Positions 1 through 11,885 are shown, numbered from the stretch's first letter. The stretch is 64,000 nt of DNA from Octopus vulgaris (GCA_951406725.2 OX597828.1:62558001-62622000), one strand, 5' to 3'. Notes: generated by a model from the letters alone, not told the origin. Program-made: numbers and translations.

Positions 1-132
1 AAGTGAGTGTTCTCATAATTGACATTTGTTTTGTAAGGTAGCAGTGGTGAGTTCAAACCACCATTAGTCCACAGGTATTCATTGCACAGTGAAGGGGTTT
101 GCTACACATTCATTGTCTTTCGTAGTCTAGAC

Positions 133-299
133 CAGCAGTTCCCAGCTATGGATCCCAGGGCCTCATGCAACCCTCGACTGTCTTCCCTCTATAAACATTT
201 TTCTTTAATTTGTGTTTTACTTTTTTGACGTGTCCCCCCACCACCTCCTAATCAAGCTTTTGGATCCGACCTGGATATTAAAAAGGTTGAAAACCACTG
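133..299. mobile_element. hAT (Charlie-like) MITE
   Basis: Begins CAGCAGTTCCCAGC and ends GGTTGAAAACCACTG (degenerate TIRs). Flanked by an 8-bp TSD GTCTAGAC (125-132) / GTCTTGAC (300-307), matching the NTCTAGAN Charlie target consensus. Confidence 0.75.
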
Positions 300-1029
300 G
301 TCTTGACACAAGACAAAAGTCTTCCCAGATTCTCCACCACCATCTCCATCCAAATCACTACCCTTCCCGTCACACACCCAACCCTCTAACCATCTCCCCA
401 CACACACACACACACACACACACTCACATCGTCCAAACTTAAAAACTGTTCCAAGTGAACTCTATTATTCCCATCTGTCAGATTCGTTAAAAAGCCCACA
501 GATATTCTTTTATATCAGTCATAAGGACTTATATCAAAGAAGCAGGACGAGTGAGCCGAGCGTTAATTTAGCAAATGTTTTTATAAGGAAATCTGGTGCT
601 AAAAGCACCGTTTGCTGTGGAAATGTTCAAGTGTTATTGCAGTATGCTCCCGGAGATAGGGGGAGGGAGATGGAAGTGCTAACTTCTCCAACAAGAGACC
701 CTGGAAGTAATGGGATAGATAGAAGCAGTCACCATTAACAGCCCATAAAAGAAAACATATGAAGAATGGTAAAAATAATTCTTTCTTCGTTGAAAGTTAG
801 AAATGTTTTGGAATTTTATCTGAAATTTCATTTTCTTTTTTTGTAACTGTGTTATGAAATAAGGAAGGGCTGAACTGCTGGTTGCTGTTGCTGTTGTTAT
901 GATGTATTGATTAGGGGCCAGAACAGTGTATGTATATATTCACACCATATATTATCATCATCATTGTCATTCTCATATAGTTTCCTCTATGTTGTCATAG
1001 GTGGATTGTTTGGGTCTGTAGCACTTCAG

Positions 1030-1480
1030 CTTCATAATCCACCTAGGTATGTTCACTGTGGTCAAATGTAATCCATGTTAAGGGTGTCTGTAGTACTGTG
1101 TATCCTAGCGGAACTCCAGCTGTGTTCACTAAACAGTTCATTATCATTGTTTACCATTTGTTTCCATGCTGGTGTGGGTTGGATGGTCTGACAGGATCCA
1201 GCAAGCTTCAAGGTTGTGTTGAACTCTGATGTTGTTTACAATTCAGTTGTGTTCACTCTGAAACTGTGTGTCACTGTCTGGTTGTGTTTACTACCAGGCC
1301 ATGTTCATCTAGTAATAATGTTCACCACCAATTATATTCACTGACTGTGTTCACCATCTAGTTGTTTTTAATTTCCATCCAAGTTTACCACAAAACTTCT
1401 CCAAGTGGTGTTTGTTGTTCACTACATCTGTTCACTCAGTAATCATTCATTGTGTTATGTTCACTGTTTCGGTTCACAAC
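1030..1480. repeat. Degenerate minisatellite built on TGTTCAC(T), interrupted by an RTE 3' tail at ~1140-1230
   Basis: About 15 copies of TGTTCAC/GTTTAC-like words at irregular spacing, about 13-45 nt where dense. Confidence 0.55.
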
Positions 1481-1775
1481 TGGTCTTTTATGTTGTGTAT
1501 TTGGTGGATTTACTCTTTTATTACCAACCCATCCAAGACCACCCCTGCTTCAATAATATAAGCTTCCCATTTGATTTAAATCAAAGCCTTCCATCCAAAT
1601 TCCAGGATAATTTTGGTTCCAAACTCCAGCTCAAATAGCAACAAAGTTACTTGACTAAATTTTTTTATATCTACCTGTAATATTATAAATACAGTGTTTT
1701 AATCTAATTCAAGTGCACCTGAGCACTGTATACAATAAGTTCATTAATTTTTCTTTTCATATCCTAGTGTCTTAA

Positions 1776-1994
1776 CCTTTTTTTACACCAATCCACATAA
1801 GGCCACTCCTACTTCTAAGATATTTCATGTTTTAAAGTGATCTAAATTAAAACCTTCTATCAATTTTTTTTCATTTATTTTCCAAATATAAGGTAAATAA
1901 TGACAAAATTATTTTACTAAATTCTTCATTTTTTTCAAACTCAAGTGAAATAAAAATGGCGTATTCCTGCAGAAATATACTTTCTTTGAAAGGG
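1776..1994. mobile_element. piggyBac-like MITE (TTAA target); related decayed copy at ~1510-1770
   Basis: TTAA-CCTTTT...GAAAGGG-TTAA ends; internal similarity to the copies at 50239 and 63477. Confidence 0.6.
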
Positions 1995-2347
1995 TTAAAA
2001 TATGATAGGGTGTGATTTGAGGAAAATTTGACTGTTATTTCTACCAGATTGATTGACTCATTACAAGCTCCTTTGTTGGTTCATCTTATGATAAGAAAGA
2101 AGTTAGGGTGTGGAGTATATTTTATCACAGGCACCCTTAATGTGGAGTGTGTCTAACCACAAGTACATCTTTTAACGTGTTGCATTTGTTGTCCTAAGAG
2201 TTAAGGGTTTCGGACATGTGGTCCCTAATCTAGGGAATTAGGGAGTTTGTTGAGGGGAGATTTGGTTGTTACATCACACAACTTGATTTCTTGTAGCTGT
2301 TGTTGCCAGTGATGTGGTGTTTGTTTTAGTATTACTGTCGTTATGCA

Positions 2348-3170
2348 CAGGGTGCAGTGAATAAATTGTCGTCTAAATTACACAAAAATGAAAATAACAC
2401 TGACATCTCATTTTAACAGGTAAATTTTCCAAAATTACATAAAAATATCTTGAAATACAAAAGAGGAAATTTATTCAAGAAAATTGCCATCGGCTTCAAC
2501 CACGGCCTCCAGATGATTTCAGAATCTCCTGCAACTCTCCTGGACGGTCTCCTTGTTTAAGTTGGTGAATGCTGCCATAATCCTTGCCTTCAGTTCATCT
2601 TTGGTGTTACAAGGAGTAATGTTGGTCTCTCGCTCAACTGCGCCCCACACACAATAATCTGGGGAGTTAGGTAGCCAGATGTTAGGGGTGATGTGGTTGC
2701 AGAAATTGTCTGACAACCATGACTGGGTTCTCCTGCTTGTGTGACATGGTGCAGAATTCTGTTGCCAGACATAGGGTCTTCCAGCAGCAACCCTTTTGAC
2801 CCAGGGCAGCACTACCTCCTCCAGGAACTTGATAAGTTGAAAAGAGGTATAACGTCACCATCACGAATGATCACTCCAAACTCCATGATGTTGACTGGAT
2901 GCTTGATTTTTATCACTCTCGGGACATGTCCTCAGATTGACACCCAAACACTCTGAAATGTTCGTATTGGAGCTTCCGGCACGAATGCCAAGTACTGCAG
3001 CATGTAGTTTCCAAATTTTTGTCAGAGTGAATTGTGTAGTAGTGCTGTTTTTCTCACAGAGGGTACCTAACCGACCCTACTATACTGTGTAGTTAACAAA
3101 ATGAAAACAACCAATGCACATGCGCAAAATTAAACATATAAAACGGTGACAATTTACCCATTCCACCCTG
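2348..3170 (-). mobile_element. Internally deleted Tc1/mariner DD37D (maT-type) transposon
   Basis: Imperfect TIRs CAGGGTGCAGTGAATAAATTGTC / GACAATTTACCCATTCCACCCTG with TA on the right. ORF 2519-2812 encodes YVWQQNSAPCH...WLPNSPD...VWG (catalytic region). Same family as 44160-44618. Confidence 0.85.
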
Positions 3171-3207
3171 TATATATGTCTGCATGTGTGTGTGTGTGTG
3201 TGTAGGT

Positions 3208-3360
3208 ACAAGCATGGCTGTGTTGTTAGGAAGAATCTTGCTTCCCAAGCAGGGTTCTGAGTGTGGTGCCACTGTGTAACATCTTGGACAAGGATTTCCT
3301 ACTATAGCCCAGACATTGATTTTTGAGTAAAATTGGTAAATGAAAGTTAAAAGAAGCTCG
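3208..3360 (+). mobile_element. tRNA-derived SINE, family B (5' part)
   Basis: Head GCATGGCTGTG..AAGAA..TTGCTTCCCAA followed by TTGGACAAG..CTACTATAGCC; same as the copies at 41808, 50752 and 57098. Confidence 0.7.
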
Positions 3361-3376
3361 TTGTGTGTGCGTGCAC

Positions 3377-3437
<61 letters not shown>

Positions 3438-3464
3438 TGTACATAGATACCTATATATATATAC

Positions 3465-3515
<51 letters not shown>

Positions 3516-3606
3516 CACATACACACACACATGTATGAGCATATAAATATATATATATCATCATTTAACATCTGTTGTCCATGCTGGCATGGGTTGGACA
3601 GTTATA

Positions 3607-4317
3607 TCTATATATATATAAAACTCAGCTTGTGTGTTTGTGTGTGTATCTGTGTGTGTCTCTGTGTGTTTAACTTCCCGGCACATCTCCTCCTAGCCAA
3701 CAAATCGTAGAACCACCAAAAATGGCTCACTTAAAGTTTAGGCGAATGAAAATTGAACTGCGCTATTTCTGTTCCGAAATTCATCTTGCAAGTGCAAAAA
3801 TCGATAATGTGTTTGTTTAGGCCTTATCCCATGCATTGAATAGTGAACTTTACTCAGTCAGCTGTTTGACGTGAACTGTGTTCACCACGTGTGCAAGCAT
3901 GCGTAAATTGCATGAAAAATAAAAAATCAAGATATAAAAGCGAATCGCCATAAACATTGTAGAAATTCGGCAAAGAAATGAATTTTCGGGATGTAGCCTG
4001 GAGGGTTTTTTCGTATTAATCGTTTGGACTTTGTGAACACATACCAATTGTTTTCATAACATTTTTAACGCTTTGAATTAAATGTGACCATTTTGCGTTG
4101 AGTCTGCAGTTTGTATCACTTTAACAAAATTTTAGCAGGCCGGAATTTTGATCATCACGATACATCGCCAGTGACTTCCTGAAACTCTCCCCTGAAATAC
4201 CCATTGAGAAATCTATATATATAAAACTCAACTTGTGTATCTGTGTGTGTGTCTGTGTGTTTAACTTTTGGATCTACCAAGTTTCATTATTAAGGATGGA
4301 AAGTAGTGTGTAGCAAA
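3607..4317 (+). mobile_element. Helitron 5' fragments (two TCTATATATATAAAACTCA starts at 3607 and 4212)
   Basis: A|TC starts followed by near-identical TATATATAAAACTCA(G/A)CTTGTGT..(GT)n..TTAACTT leaders. The first interrupts an RTE tail ending at ~3603. Confidence 0.65.
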
Positions 4318-4709
4318 TCTACATATATATAAAGCTGAAGTTGTCTGTGTGTGGCAGGTTTGGTAGCCTTTGACTAACAATATCTCCTTCGAGACCCTGC
4401 AGCGCAAGTTGACCAAATATGAGAGTATGATAGAAGAAGGCTTGCTCTTCATTCTGTAGAAGATAAAATTCACATCGGACCATGTTAACACCAAAAATTA
4501 TTTACATCAAAAAGGTGCATTTTTTCTATGAAAATCCCTATTTTTTTACGATTTTTGACGGCTGTGTCACCATTTTTCGGTGTATTTCAACTGGAAAAAT
4601 GTTCACTTGAAGAGAATAACAAGTTGCATAATGCAAAATTTTTACTTTTCAAAAATTCCAATTCTAAAGGGTCGAAACAAACCCAAGCAATACCGGGTGA
4701 TACTGCTAG
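4318..4709 (+). mobile_element. Non-autonomous Helitron (complete ends)
   Basis: A|TCTACATATATATAAAGCTG 5' end; 3' subterminal hairpin ACCCAAGCAATACCGGGT, then CTAG|T at 4706-4710; no TSD. Confidence 0.75.
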
Positions 4710-5654
4710 TATATATATATATATATATATCTGTGTGTGTTGTTGTATTGATAGAATTATTTAGTTAGTGGTGGTAGTTATAGTTGTAATAATATTGGTA
4801 GGTTAAGTACAGTTGTAGGGAGTGGTGGTGGTGTAGTAATAGTTACAGTGGTAACTATACTCATTCATAATCTACCTGTTTCATCTCTCTTACTCTGCCC
4901 CCCTCCCACCCACCCCTACTGCTCATTTAAAGAATTCTTTCCCCACCCCACCACCCAGTTTTACACTGTTCTTTGGTTATATTCCATCTCACCATTTTTT
5001 CTGACACATAATTAGAACATACTAGATTAATTAGCTCAGCTCATCAAATCTTTGCCAAAAGTTTCGGGGTGGTGCCGAGGATGACGTTGATGATGCAGCA
5101 AGATGCACTGAACTAATACAACACATGTTTGGTAAACACCCTGTCTGGGGTGAGTGTGGGTGGCAGGGGTGGCAGGGTGAGGTGGTGGTGGTGGTGTTTT
5201 ATTTAACCCTGGATTGAGTTCTGATCCAGCAGACAGACAGGCAGACCTTTGATCAAATCTGTTCCAGCTGTGATATCATCCTGTCTTGTCAGATATAGTC
5301 TCTATCTTGAACTATATAATATAGTGTGGTGGCAGTGGTGGCCTCTCACCTCTTCTTCCTTCTGAAAATGTTAAAATTATAATTTAATGTGCCGAGTTTA
5401 AAAGATCCACAGAACCAGTCTTTAAACCCTTTGTAGACCAAACTGGCTGAAGACAATGGGTCTGTTTCTGCAGGAAGAATAAGTGTGTCCTTATTCAGTA
5501 TTTGAATAGTGAAGCTGGGATTTTTTTTTTAGCCATGTTGAGGATATGGTTTCTTCTCTTGGGCAAGTCTCTCACACCCAGACCAATCTGTAAAGTGTGG
5601 TGTTATGAGGAGTGTTTTAGTCTTGTCAAGGACATGTCACTCATCTTGTGCTGG

Positions 5655-5822
5655 TACCATAAAAAAAAAAAAAAAGCACCCAGTGCACTCTGTAAAGTGT
5701 AAAAACAAAACCAGATGATAGATAGAAGCACCACCAGTTGATGGGGTCAGCAACTCTGAATAAGAAATGGTTTGGACCATAAGGAACAGTCCAACCCATG
5801 CCAGCATGGAAGGTAAAAGTAG
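5655..5822 (+). mobile_element. RTE LINE 3' tail fragment
   Basis: Contains GTCCAACCCATGCCAGCATGGAA, the 3' tail shared with the RTE at 54617-56104. Confidence 0.65.
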
Positions 5823-6029
5823 AAATGGTGGTGGTCATGGTAGGAACAGCAGTTGTGTTGCCTCTCATGACTTGTAATTATTCAAAGGAAATATGAAATG
5901 CATCAGTTTCATGGATCTCAATAAAAGATGGAGGGAGACCGTGAAGTCCCTTTCGGCCCTCACTGATGAAACCAATAACAGAAAAAAAGCATGTGTAGCA
6001 TAGAGTTATGTAATTGGCACTCAGCTGGT

Positions 6030-6300
6030 TACAATGATGAGGGTTTGAACTGATCCGATCATCAGGACAGCCTCCTTGCGAAATTAATGTGCAAGTGGCT
6101 GAGCACTCCACAGACAGGCATACATCCTTAACACAGTTCTCAGTGACATTCAGTGTGACACAGACTGGCTCTTTTTTAATTTCAAGTACGACTTATTTTT
6201 GCCAGCTGAGTGGACAGGAGCAACATGTCACTGGGAATCGAACTGATGACCTTATGATTGCAAGCCCAATACCCTGACTAATAAGCCATTCACCTTCATG
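6030..6300 (-). mobile_element. tRNA-derived SINE, family C
   Basis: Collinear with 56605-56925 (GAAATTAA..GTGGCTGAGCACTCCACAGAC..CTTAAC..AGTTCTC); tRNA-like head at the high-coordinate end. Confidence 0.65.
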
Positions 6301-6509
6301 AGTGTTGTGTATATTTACCTTTTAATCAGGACGGAAAGTCTTGACCCTTCACAGGGACACAAGTTGGTGAGGGAAGGAGAGAGGGAGAGGGGAAATATCC
6401 CCAAACAAAAGACCTGGCTAAAATACCTGCAACAGAGTGGACTCCACTAAACACCCCCAAAATGCCAAGGGGTGGTGTTAAAGCAATAGACAAACTAAGT
6501 TGACCCCAC

Positions 6510-6740
6510 CCCACAAATAGGTCATGGTGAAATTTGAACTCAGAACACAAAGGCACCTGGTCCAATGTTCTTAGAGTCCCAACAAACCTCTGCCCAGAAT
6601 TGGTACATTTTTTATTGCCCCTCAAAGTATGAAAGGCAAAGTTGACTGCAACAGAATTTGAACATAGATTGCCAAGGGTCTGAAAATTTACTACAGGGTA
6701 TTTCGTTCAGCTTCCTATCGACTCTGCCAATTCCCCACAC
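6510..6740 (-). mobile_element. tRNA-derived SINE, family A (decayed)
   Basis: GAAAGGCAAAGTTGAC..GAATTTGAAC..CTGCCA, the reverse complement of the family A consensus. Confidence 0.55.
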
Positions 6741-7258
6741 TGGAATAATGAATGGGATGGAGTGGGGTGCTGTTACATAGAAGGGGTGTATGATGCAGTG
6801 TGTGTATGTGGCATGATGTGTCTATGTAGGAGTTGTTTCATGATGGTGTGTGTGTTGTTAAATGTGTGTCTGTTAGTGTCAGTGGCACCATTATTTTAGT
6901 GGCACACTCCCCACATTCCTTTACAGGAAACAGCGCGTGTGTGTATGTGTGTGCTGCACTACATCTGCTTTAAAGAAAAGTAACAAAAATACAAAATAAA
7001 CACAATAAAACCAAAAAAAAACATTAAAATTAAAACAATTAATTAAAAAAATGTTTAAATAAATATTTGACTAAATTTCAAGAATTGAAACTAGAAAACT
7101 TTTACACACACATACACACGTGTATAAATACAGGCATACACACATCTAACACCTCTTCTGGCACCTTTTCCATACATACACACTTATCATTCCTCTCCGC
7201 TCTTATACATCACCTAAATTTCAATATACATTCCTGTACACGTATGCATATGTGTATA

Positions 7259-7298
<40 letters not shown>

Positions 7299-7409
7299 CA
7301 GACACACATCAGCCATTATGTACACTCAGCAAATGTTTTATGCAATCACACACACAAATATTCCTATACAAACATACACACCTCTTTATACATACACGCA
7401 GACATATCT

Positions 7410-7718
7410 TTTATCTTTTACTTGTTTCAGTCATTTGACTGCAGCCATACTTTGAAGAATTTTAGTCGTAAAAATTGATCCTAGGCCTTTTTTTTTGAGC
7501 CTGGCACTTATTTTATCAGTCTCTTTTGCCAAACCACTAAGTTACAGGGACATAAACAAACCAACACCAGTGGTGGAGAGAGAAACAAAGACACACTCAC
7601 ACATAAATGTACATATATATGAAGGGCTTCGATCTACTAAAATCACTCTCAAGGTGACACTGAACCCAGAACCATGTGGTTGGGAAACAAGCTTCTTACC
7701 ACACACCCATGCCTGCAC
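7410..7718 (-). mobile_element. tRNA-derived SINE, family B (near full length)
   Basis: Reverse complement of the tail (CTTTTACTTGTTTCAGTCATTTGACTGC) through to the head (GCTTCTTACCACACACCCATGCCTGCACC). Confidence 0.75.
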
Positions 7719-8336
7719 CTATACGTGTGTGAGTGTGTGTGTGTGTACACGCACACACATTAGAATTCCTACACATACACACCCCTCTGTTCCATTCCCC
7801 CCTTCCTGGTTATTAATTCCCTACCACTTCACAATCCCACCCACCTACCTCTCTTAACTTTCATTAGTAATATGGTAATGGTAGTGGTGGTAGCAACATG
7901 ATGGAGATGATGATGACTTACAGTGGTGCAGGGGGGGGGGGGGGGCTGATGGTGAAGATGATGGCAATAACAGGTGGGTGGGTGGAGGGGTTACTGATGG
8001 TGATGAGAAGAGATGCTAGAAAAATGTTTAAATATTAAAGTGACGATGGCTAAACCCTGCCATAAAAGGGTGGATGGTTAAATGTAGGGGGCAGGGATGA
8101 ACAACAGTGGATGTAGAAATATAAGTAACAGGAGGGTGTATATATATATATATATATAGATAGATAGATATATGTGTCTATAGAGCATTGAAGTTGTGCC
8201 AACAATGCAGGGTGTATATAGAGTGGTAGTGGTAGTGGTGATGGAAGTATTATGTAGAGTGACAAGTGATAGAATGTGCTGCATATAGAGTGATCTGATA
8301 AATGTGTATGTATATAAGTGTGTGTGTATGTATGTA

Positions 8337-8385
<49 letters not shown>

Positions 8386-8391
8386 ACACAA

Positions 8392-8424
<33 letters not shown>

Positions 8425-8716
8425 TATATATACACATATATATATGTATGTATGTATGTATTTTTCTTCACTCTAATGAAGCTCCATGTTCCAGATCAGA
8501 TTTATTACCAAATATGATGAATAGTATTTTTAGAATTTTCAATGGCAATACCACATAACATTGGAAGCAGAAACAGCTGTTAGGTGGGATGCAGTCTATT
8601 TGTATTGAATTAAAAAATAATAATTGATGTAAGTCAATTGTTGTTGATTGATATTTCTCCATTTTCTGTTTACTTTAAATTATATCTATATACGCATACA
8701 TATATACGTACATATA

Positions 8717-9163
8717 TCATCATCATCATCATCATCATCATTTAGCGTCCGCTTTCCATGCTAGCATGGGTTGGACGGTTCACTGGGGTCTGTGAAGCTG
8801 GAAGGCTTCGTCAGGCCCAGTCAGATCTGGCAGTGTTTCTACGGCTGGATGCCCTTCCTAACGCCAACCACTCCGTGAGTGTAGTGGGTACTTTTTACGT
8901 GCCACCTGCACAGGTGCCAGACAGAGCTGGCAAACGGCCACAAACGGATGGTGCTTTTACATGTCACCGGCACGGGGCCAGGCGAGGCTGGCAACGGACA
9001 CGAACGGATGGTGCTTTTACGTGCCACCGACATGGGGCCAGACAGAGCTGGCAAACGGCCACGAACGGACGGTGCTTTTACGTGTCACCGGCACGGGGGC
9101 CAGGCGAGGCTGGCAACGGACACGAACGGATAGTGCTTTTACATGCCACCGACATGGGGCCAG

Positions 9164-9166
<3 letters not shown>
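8717..9166 (-). mobile_element. RTE LINE 3' end with ~60-bp tandem units in its 3' UTR
   Basis: (CAT)n tail + TTTAGCGTCCGCTTTCCATGCTAGCATGGGTTGGACGG, then five units sharing GGTGCTTTTAC(G/A)TG(C/T)CACC at 8888-9166. Confidence 0.8.
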
Positions 9167-9198
<32 letters not shown>

Positions 9199-9216
9199 CA
9201 TTTTTTCTGATGGCCC

Positions 9217-9277
9217 GATAACTGAAGAGATGGCAGCGTGGATTTCCACCCTGGCATCCGAAACTCAGAGTTTTATC
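9217..9277 (+). ncRNA. Type I minimal hammerhead ribozyme motif (Penelope-like terminus, ~9198-9385)
   Basis: Stem I GATAA/TTATC; core CTGAAGA (9222-9228); long stem II GATGGCAGCGTGGA..TCCACCCTGGCATC; GAAA (9260-9263); short stem III CTCAGAG; cleavage triplet GUU (9270-9272). Confidence 0.75.
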
Positions 9278-9379
9278 ATGGCTACCGAATAATTGTCACA
9301 TATTACATTTACAGATAAATTCCTCTATTTACATAATATCGAGGTCTCTTTCATTCTTTTGTTGTCTTACCATTTTTAT

Positions 9380-9418
<39 letters not shown>

Positions 9419-9442
9419 TGCTAGCATGGACAACAGACATTA

Positions 9443-9658
9443 AGGCGGTGAGGTGGCAGAATCCTTAGCATGCTGGATGAAATACTTAGCAGTATTTTGT
9501 CCATCGCTACCTTCTGAGTTTAAATTCCGCCAAGGTCGACTTTGCCTTTCATCCTTTCAGGGTTGATAAATTAAGTACTAGTTGCGTACTGGGGTCAATC
9601 TTATCGACTGGCCCTCTCCCCCAATTTTCAGGCCTTGTGCCTGTAGTAGAAAGAATAG
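9443..9658 (+). mobile_element. tRNA-derived SINE, family A (full length)
   Basis: A-box TGGCAGAATC, B-box GAGTTTAAATTCC, body GTCGACTTTGCCTTTCATCCTTT, tail GTAGAAAG; more than 15 copies or fragments in the window. Confidence 0.85.
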
Positions 9659-9749
9659 AATTGGGTGTTCATTGGTTGTTGATCCTCTTTGGAACTGTCA
9701 TCATCATCATGATTATCATCATTTTAGCTTTTATTTTTCCATGCTTCCT

Positions 9750-10185
9750 TGGGTCTCATCAATACATGAGGACCTTGGCAAAGAGGTTTGATGGCTTCCA
9801 TAGCAAAGCCCTGAGAACATCAGTTGCTACCATCATGTTTTCAATACAGAACTGCATGTGTGCGCATATCAGCCCATATTCTACCTCATAACTATCCATT
9901 GCATGTGCTGGTACGGACATGTCCTCTGTCTCCTGCTAGATCATCTTACCAGGGCTTTACTCTCATTCGACACAGCAGCTGTGGGCTGGAAGAGGCCTTG
10001 TGGCAGGCCCTGCACCAGATAGTTGGACATGACTGAGGAAGATCTCCAGGGGCTCAACATCTCTTTGGGAGAGGCTGGCATGGGACTGCCAGCAATGGAG
10101 AGCTCTGGTGGATCTGGCTAGCTCTACACATGATGACATCTCTGGGACCACTAACTTCAGATGACCCCAGCCTCATCAAGCAAGG
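9750..10185 (+). mobile_element. RTE-clade LINE 3' remnant (different family)
   Basis: Decayed C-terminal motifs LAKRFDGFHSKALR and GRPCTR*LD..EEDL, ending in a CAAGCAAG tail. Confidence 0.5.
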
Positions 10186-10198
10186 GCACACATATATA

Positions 10199-10348
10199 CA
10201 TCATCATCATCATCGTTTAACGTCCGTTTTCCATGCTGGCATGGGTTGGACGGTTTGACTGGGGTCTGGGAGGCTGCACCAGGCTCCAGTCTGATATGGC
10301 AGTGCTTATACAGCTGGATGCCCTTCCTAACATCAACCACTCTGAGAA
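10199..10348 (-). mobile_element. RTE LINE 3' tail
   Basis: (CAT)n GTTTAACGTCCGTTTTCCATGCTGGCATGGGTTGGACGG...GCTGGATGCCCTTCCTAAC. Confidence 0.8.
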
Positions 10349-10349
10349 T

Positions 10350-10515
10350 TAAATGGAGTTGCTTGAAACGATCGTACTGCATTACCTCTGGATATCCTTG
10401 TTGTTTATTTTGATTTTATTCACCTTATTTTGAAATTGTATGGATAATACCGTACTAAATTCTGGTGCCTCAACTTAAGTACCATATTCATCTGAATCTA
10501 AATTTTTACATATAT
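10350..10515 (+). mobile_element. Penelope-like terminus with the 3' half of a hammerhead (GAAA-C-GATC-G-TA)
   Basis: GAAACGATCGTA at 10365-10376 has the 1-bp stem III with palindromic tetraloop and GUA site. The CUGANGA half is missing (abuts an RTE tail). A T-rich tail follows. Confidence 0.45.
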
Positions 10516-10615
10516 ATTAAAAGGGTATGTTATAACATTATTCCACAGCCATACCAACAATCCAGCATACCGCTATCATCAGCTGCCCCATGGCATATAT
10601 ATATGTATGCATGTA

Positions 10616-11885
10616 CGAGGGGCGTTCAATAAGTAATGCCCCTGACCCACTTGCAGTTGTTTGATCTAGCTGAAATTTTGCATGTGCACTTATTTATACC
10701 TCTATAGATTAAGTGGCGAATTACAGCTCTGAACTAATTGTGGTTTCTGATTTACAGGTGTTTGAACTGAGTCAAGTGTGAAATGGAGCCTGTTGAGTGT
10801 CAAGCAGTGATCTGGTTTTTGTATTTGAAAGGACGCACACCACAGGAGACTTTTGATGAAATGAAAGTAACTTATGGTGATGATGCCCCATCATATGACC
10901 GTGTAAAACGCTGGCATTGTGAATTCAAGCATAGTCGGAACTCTGTGGAAACAGCTCCCAGATCTGGTCGCCCCCTTCTGCCATTGATGAGACGTCTGTC
11001 CGTCAAGTTGAGGCTGCCATTTTGGAAGGTCAACGCATAACTATTCGCCAAATAGCCCACAAGGTCAAGATTAGTACCGGGTCTGTGGAAACTATCATTC
11101 ATGACCATTTGCATATGCAAAAGGTGTCTGCCAGATAGATTTCCAGGTTGCTCACACCTTTCCAGAAGCAAGAACGCGTTGAGTGCTCGAGGATGAATTT
11201 GGAGATGTGCCAAGAAGATGAGTCAAAATTTTTCAAAAGACTGATCACACAGGATAAAACCTGGGTTCATCACTATGATCCACAGACCAAAGCCCAGTCA
11301 ATGCAGTGAAAGCACCGTGACTCACCTCCTCCAAAGAAGGCAAGGGTGCAGCCCTCCACTGACAAGGTTATGCTCACAGTCTTCTGGGACCAGAACGGAG
11401 TAGTGATGACAGATTTCCTGGCAAAGGGTACCACAATTACAGGAGCCTATTATGCTTCACTTTTGAGGAAATTAAGAGAAGCTATCAAAATCAAGAGGCG
11501 GGGCAAGATCAGCAAAGGCATCCTCCTCCTGCAGGACAACGCTCCGGTCCACAACTCGCGTGTCACCAGATCAGAAGCACAGGCGTGCAGCTATGAACTC
11601 TTCCCCCTGCACCCTCTGATTTTCACCTCTTCCCAGCCATGAAGTTGATTTTGAAAGGAAAGCGTTTCCCAGATGATGCAGCCTTGATTTCTGAAGTCAC
11701 GTCGTGGTTGGAGGACCAAGCTGGGGTCTTCTACAAAAACGGTCTCCAGAGCTGTATCAAACGATGGGAGAAATGCATAACTCTGGGTAGTTCCTATGTA
11801 GGAAAAGACTAATAACTGTGCCAAGTGTTGTTGCTCTACTGCTATGGGAAGTGGGTCAGGGGCATTACTTATTGAACGCCCCTCG
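10616..11885 (+). mobile_element. Full-length mariner (DD34D, irritans-like) DNA transposon, 1270 bp
   Basis: Perfect 37-bp TIRs CGAGGGGCGTTCAATAAGTAATGCCCCTGACCCACTT, with TA TSDs at 10614-10615 and 11886-11887. Confidence 0.95.
10783..11812 (+). pseudogene. Mariner transposase pseudogene
   Basis: HTH N-terminus (VKRWHCEFK..RSGRP), ITQDKTWVHHYDP, KVMLTVFWD, LLQDNAPVH, APSDFHLF, RWEKCI. Has stops (W of the WVPR-like motif, MQ*K), frameshifts and loss of the YSPD motif. Confidence 0.9.

Noticed and set aside
8888-9166. CRISPR-like repeat/spacer appearance
   Set aside because: The 'spacers' are homologous and alternate between two types, the context is a eukaryotic LINE UTR, and there are no cas genes.
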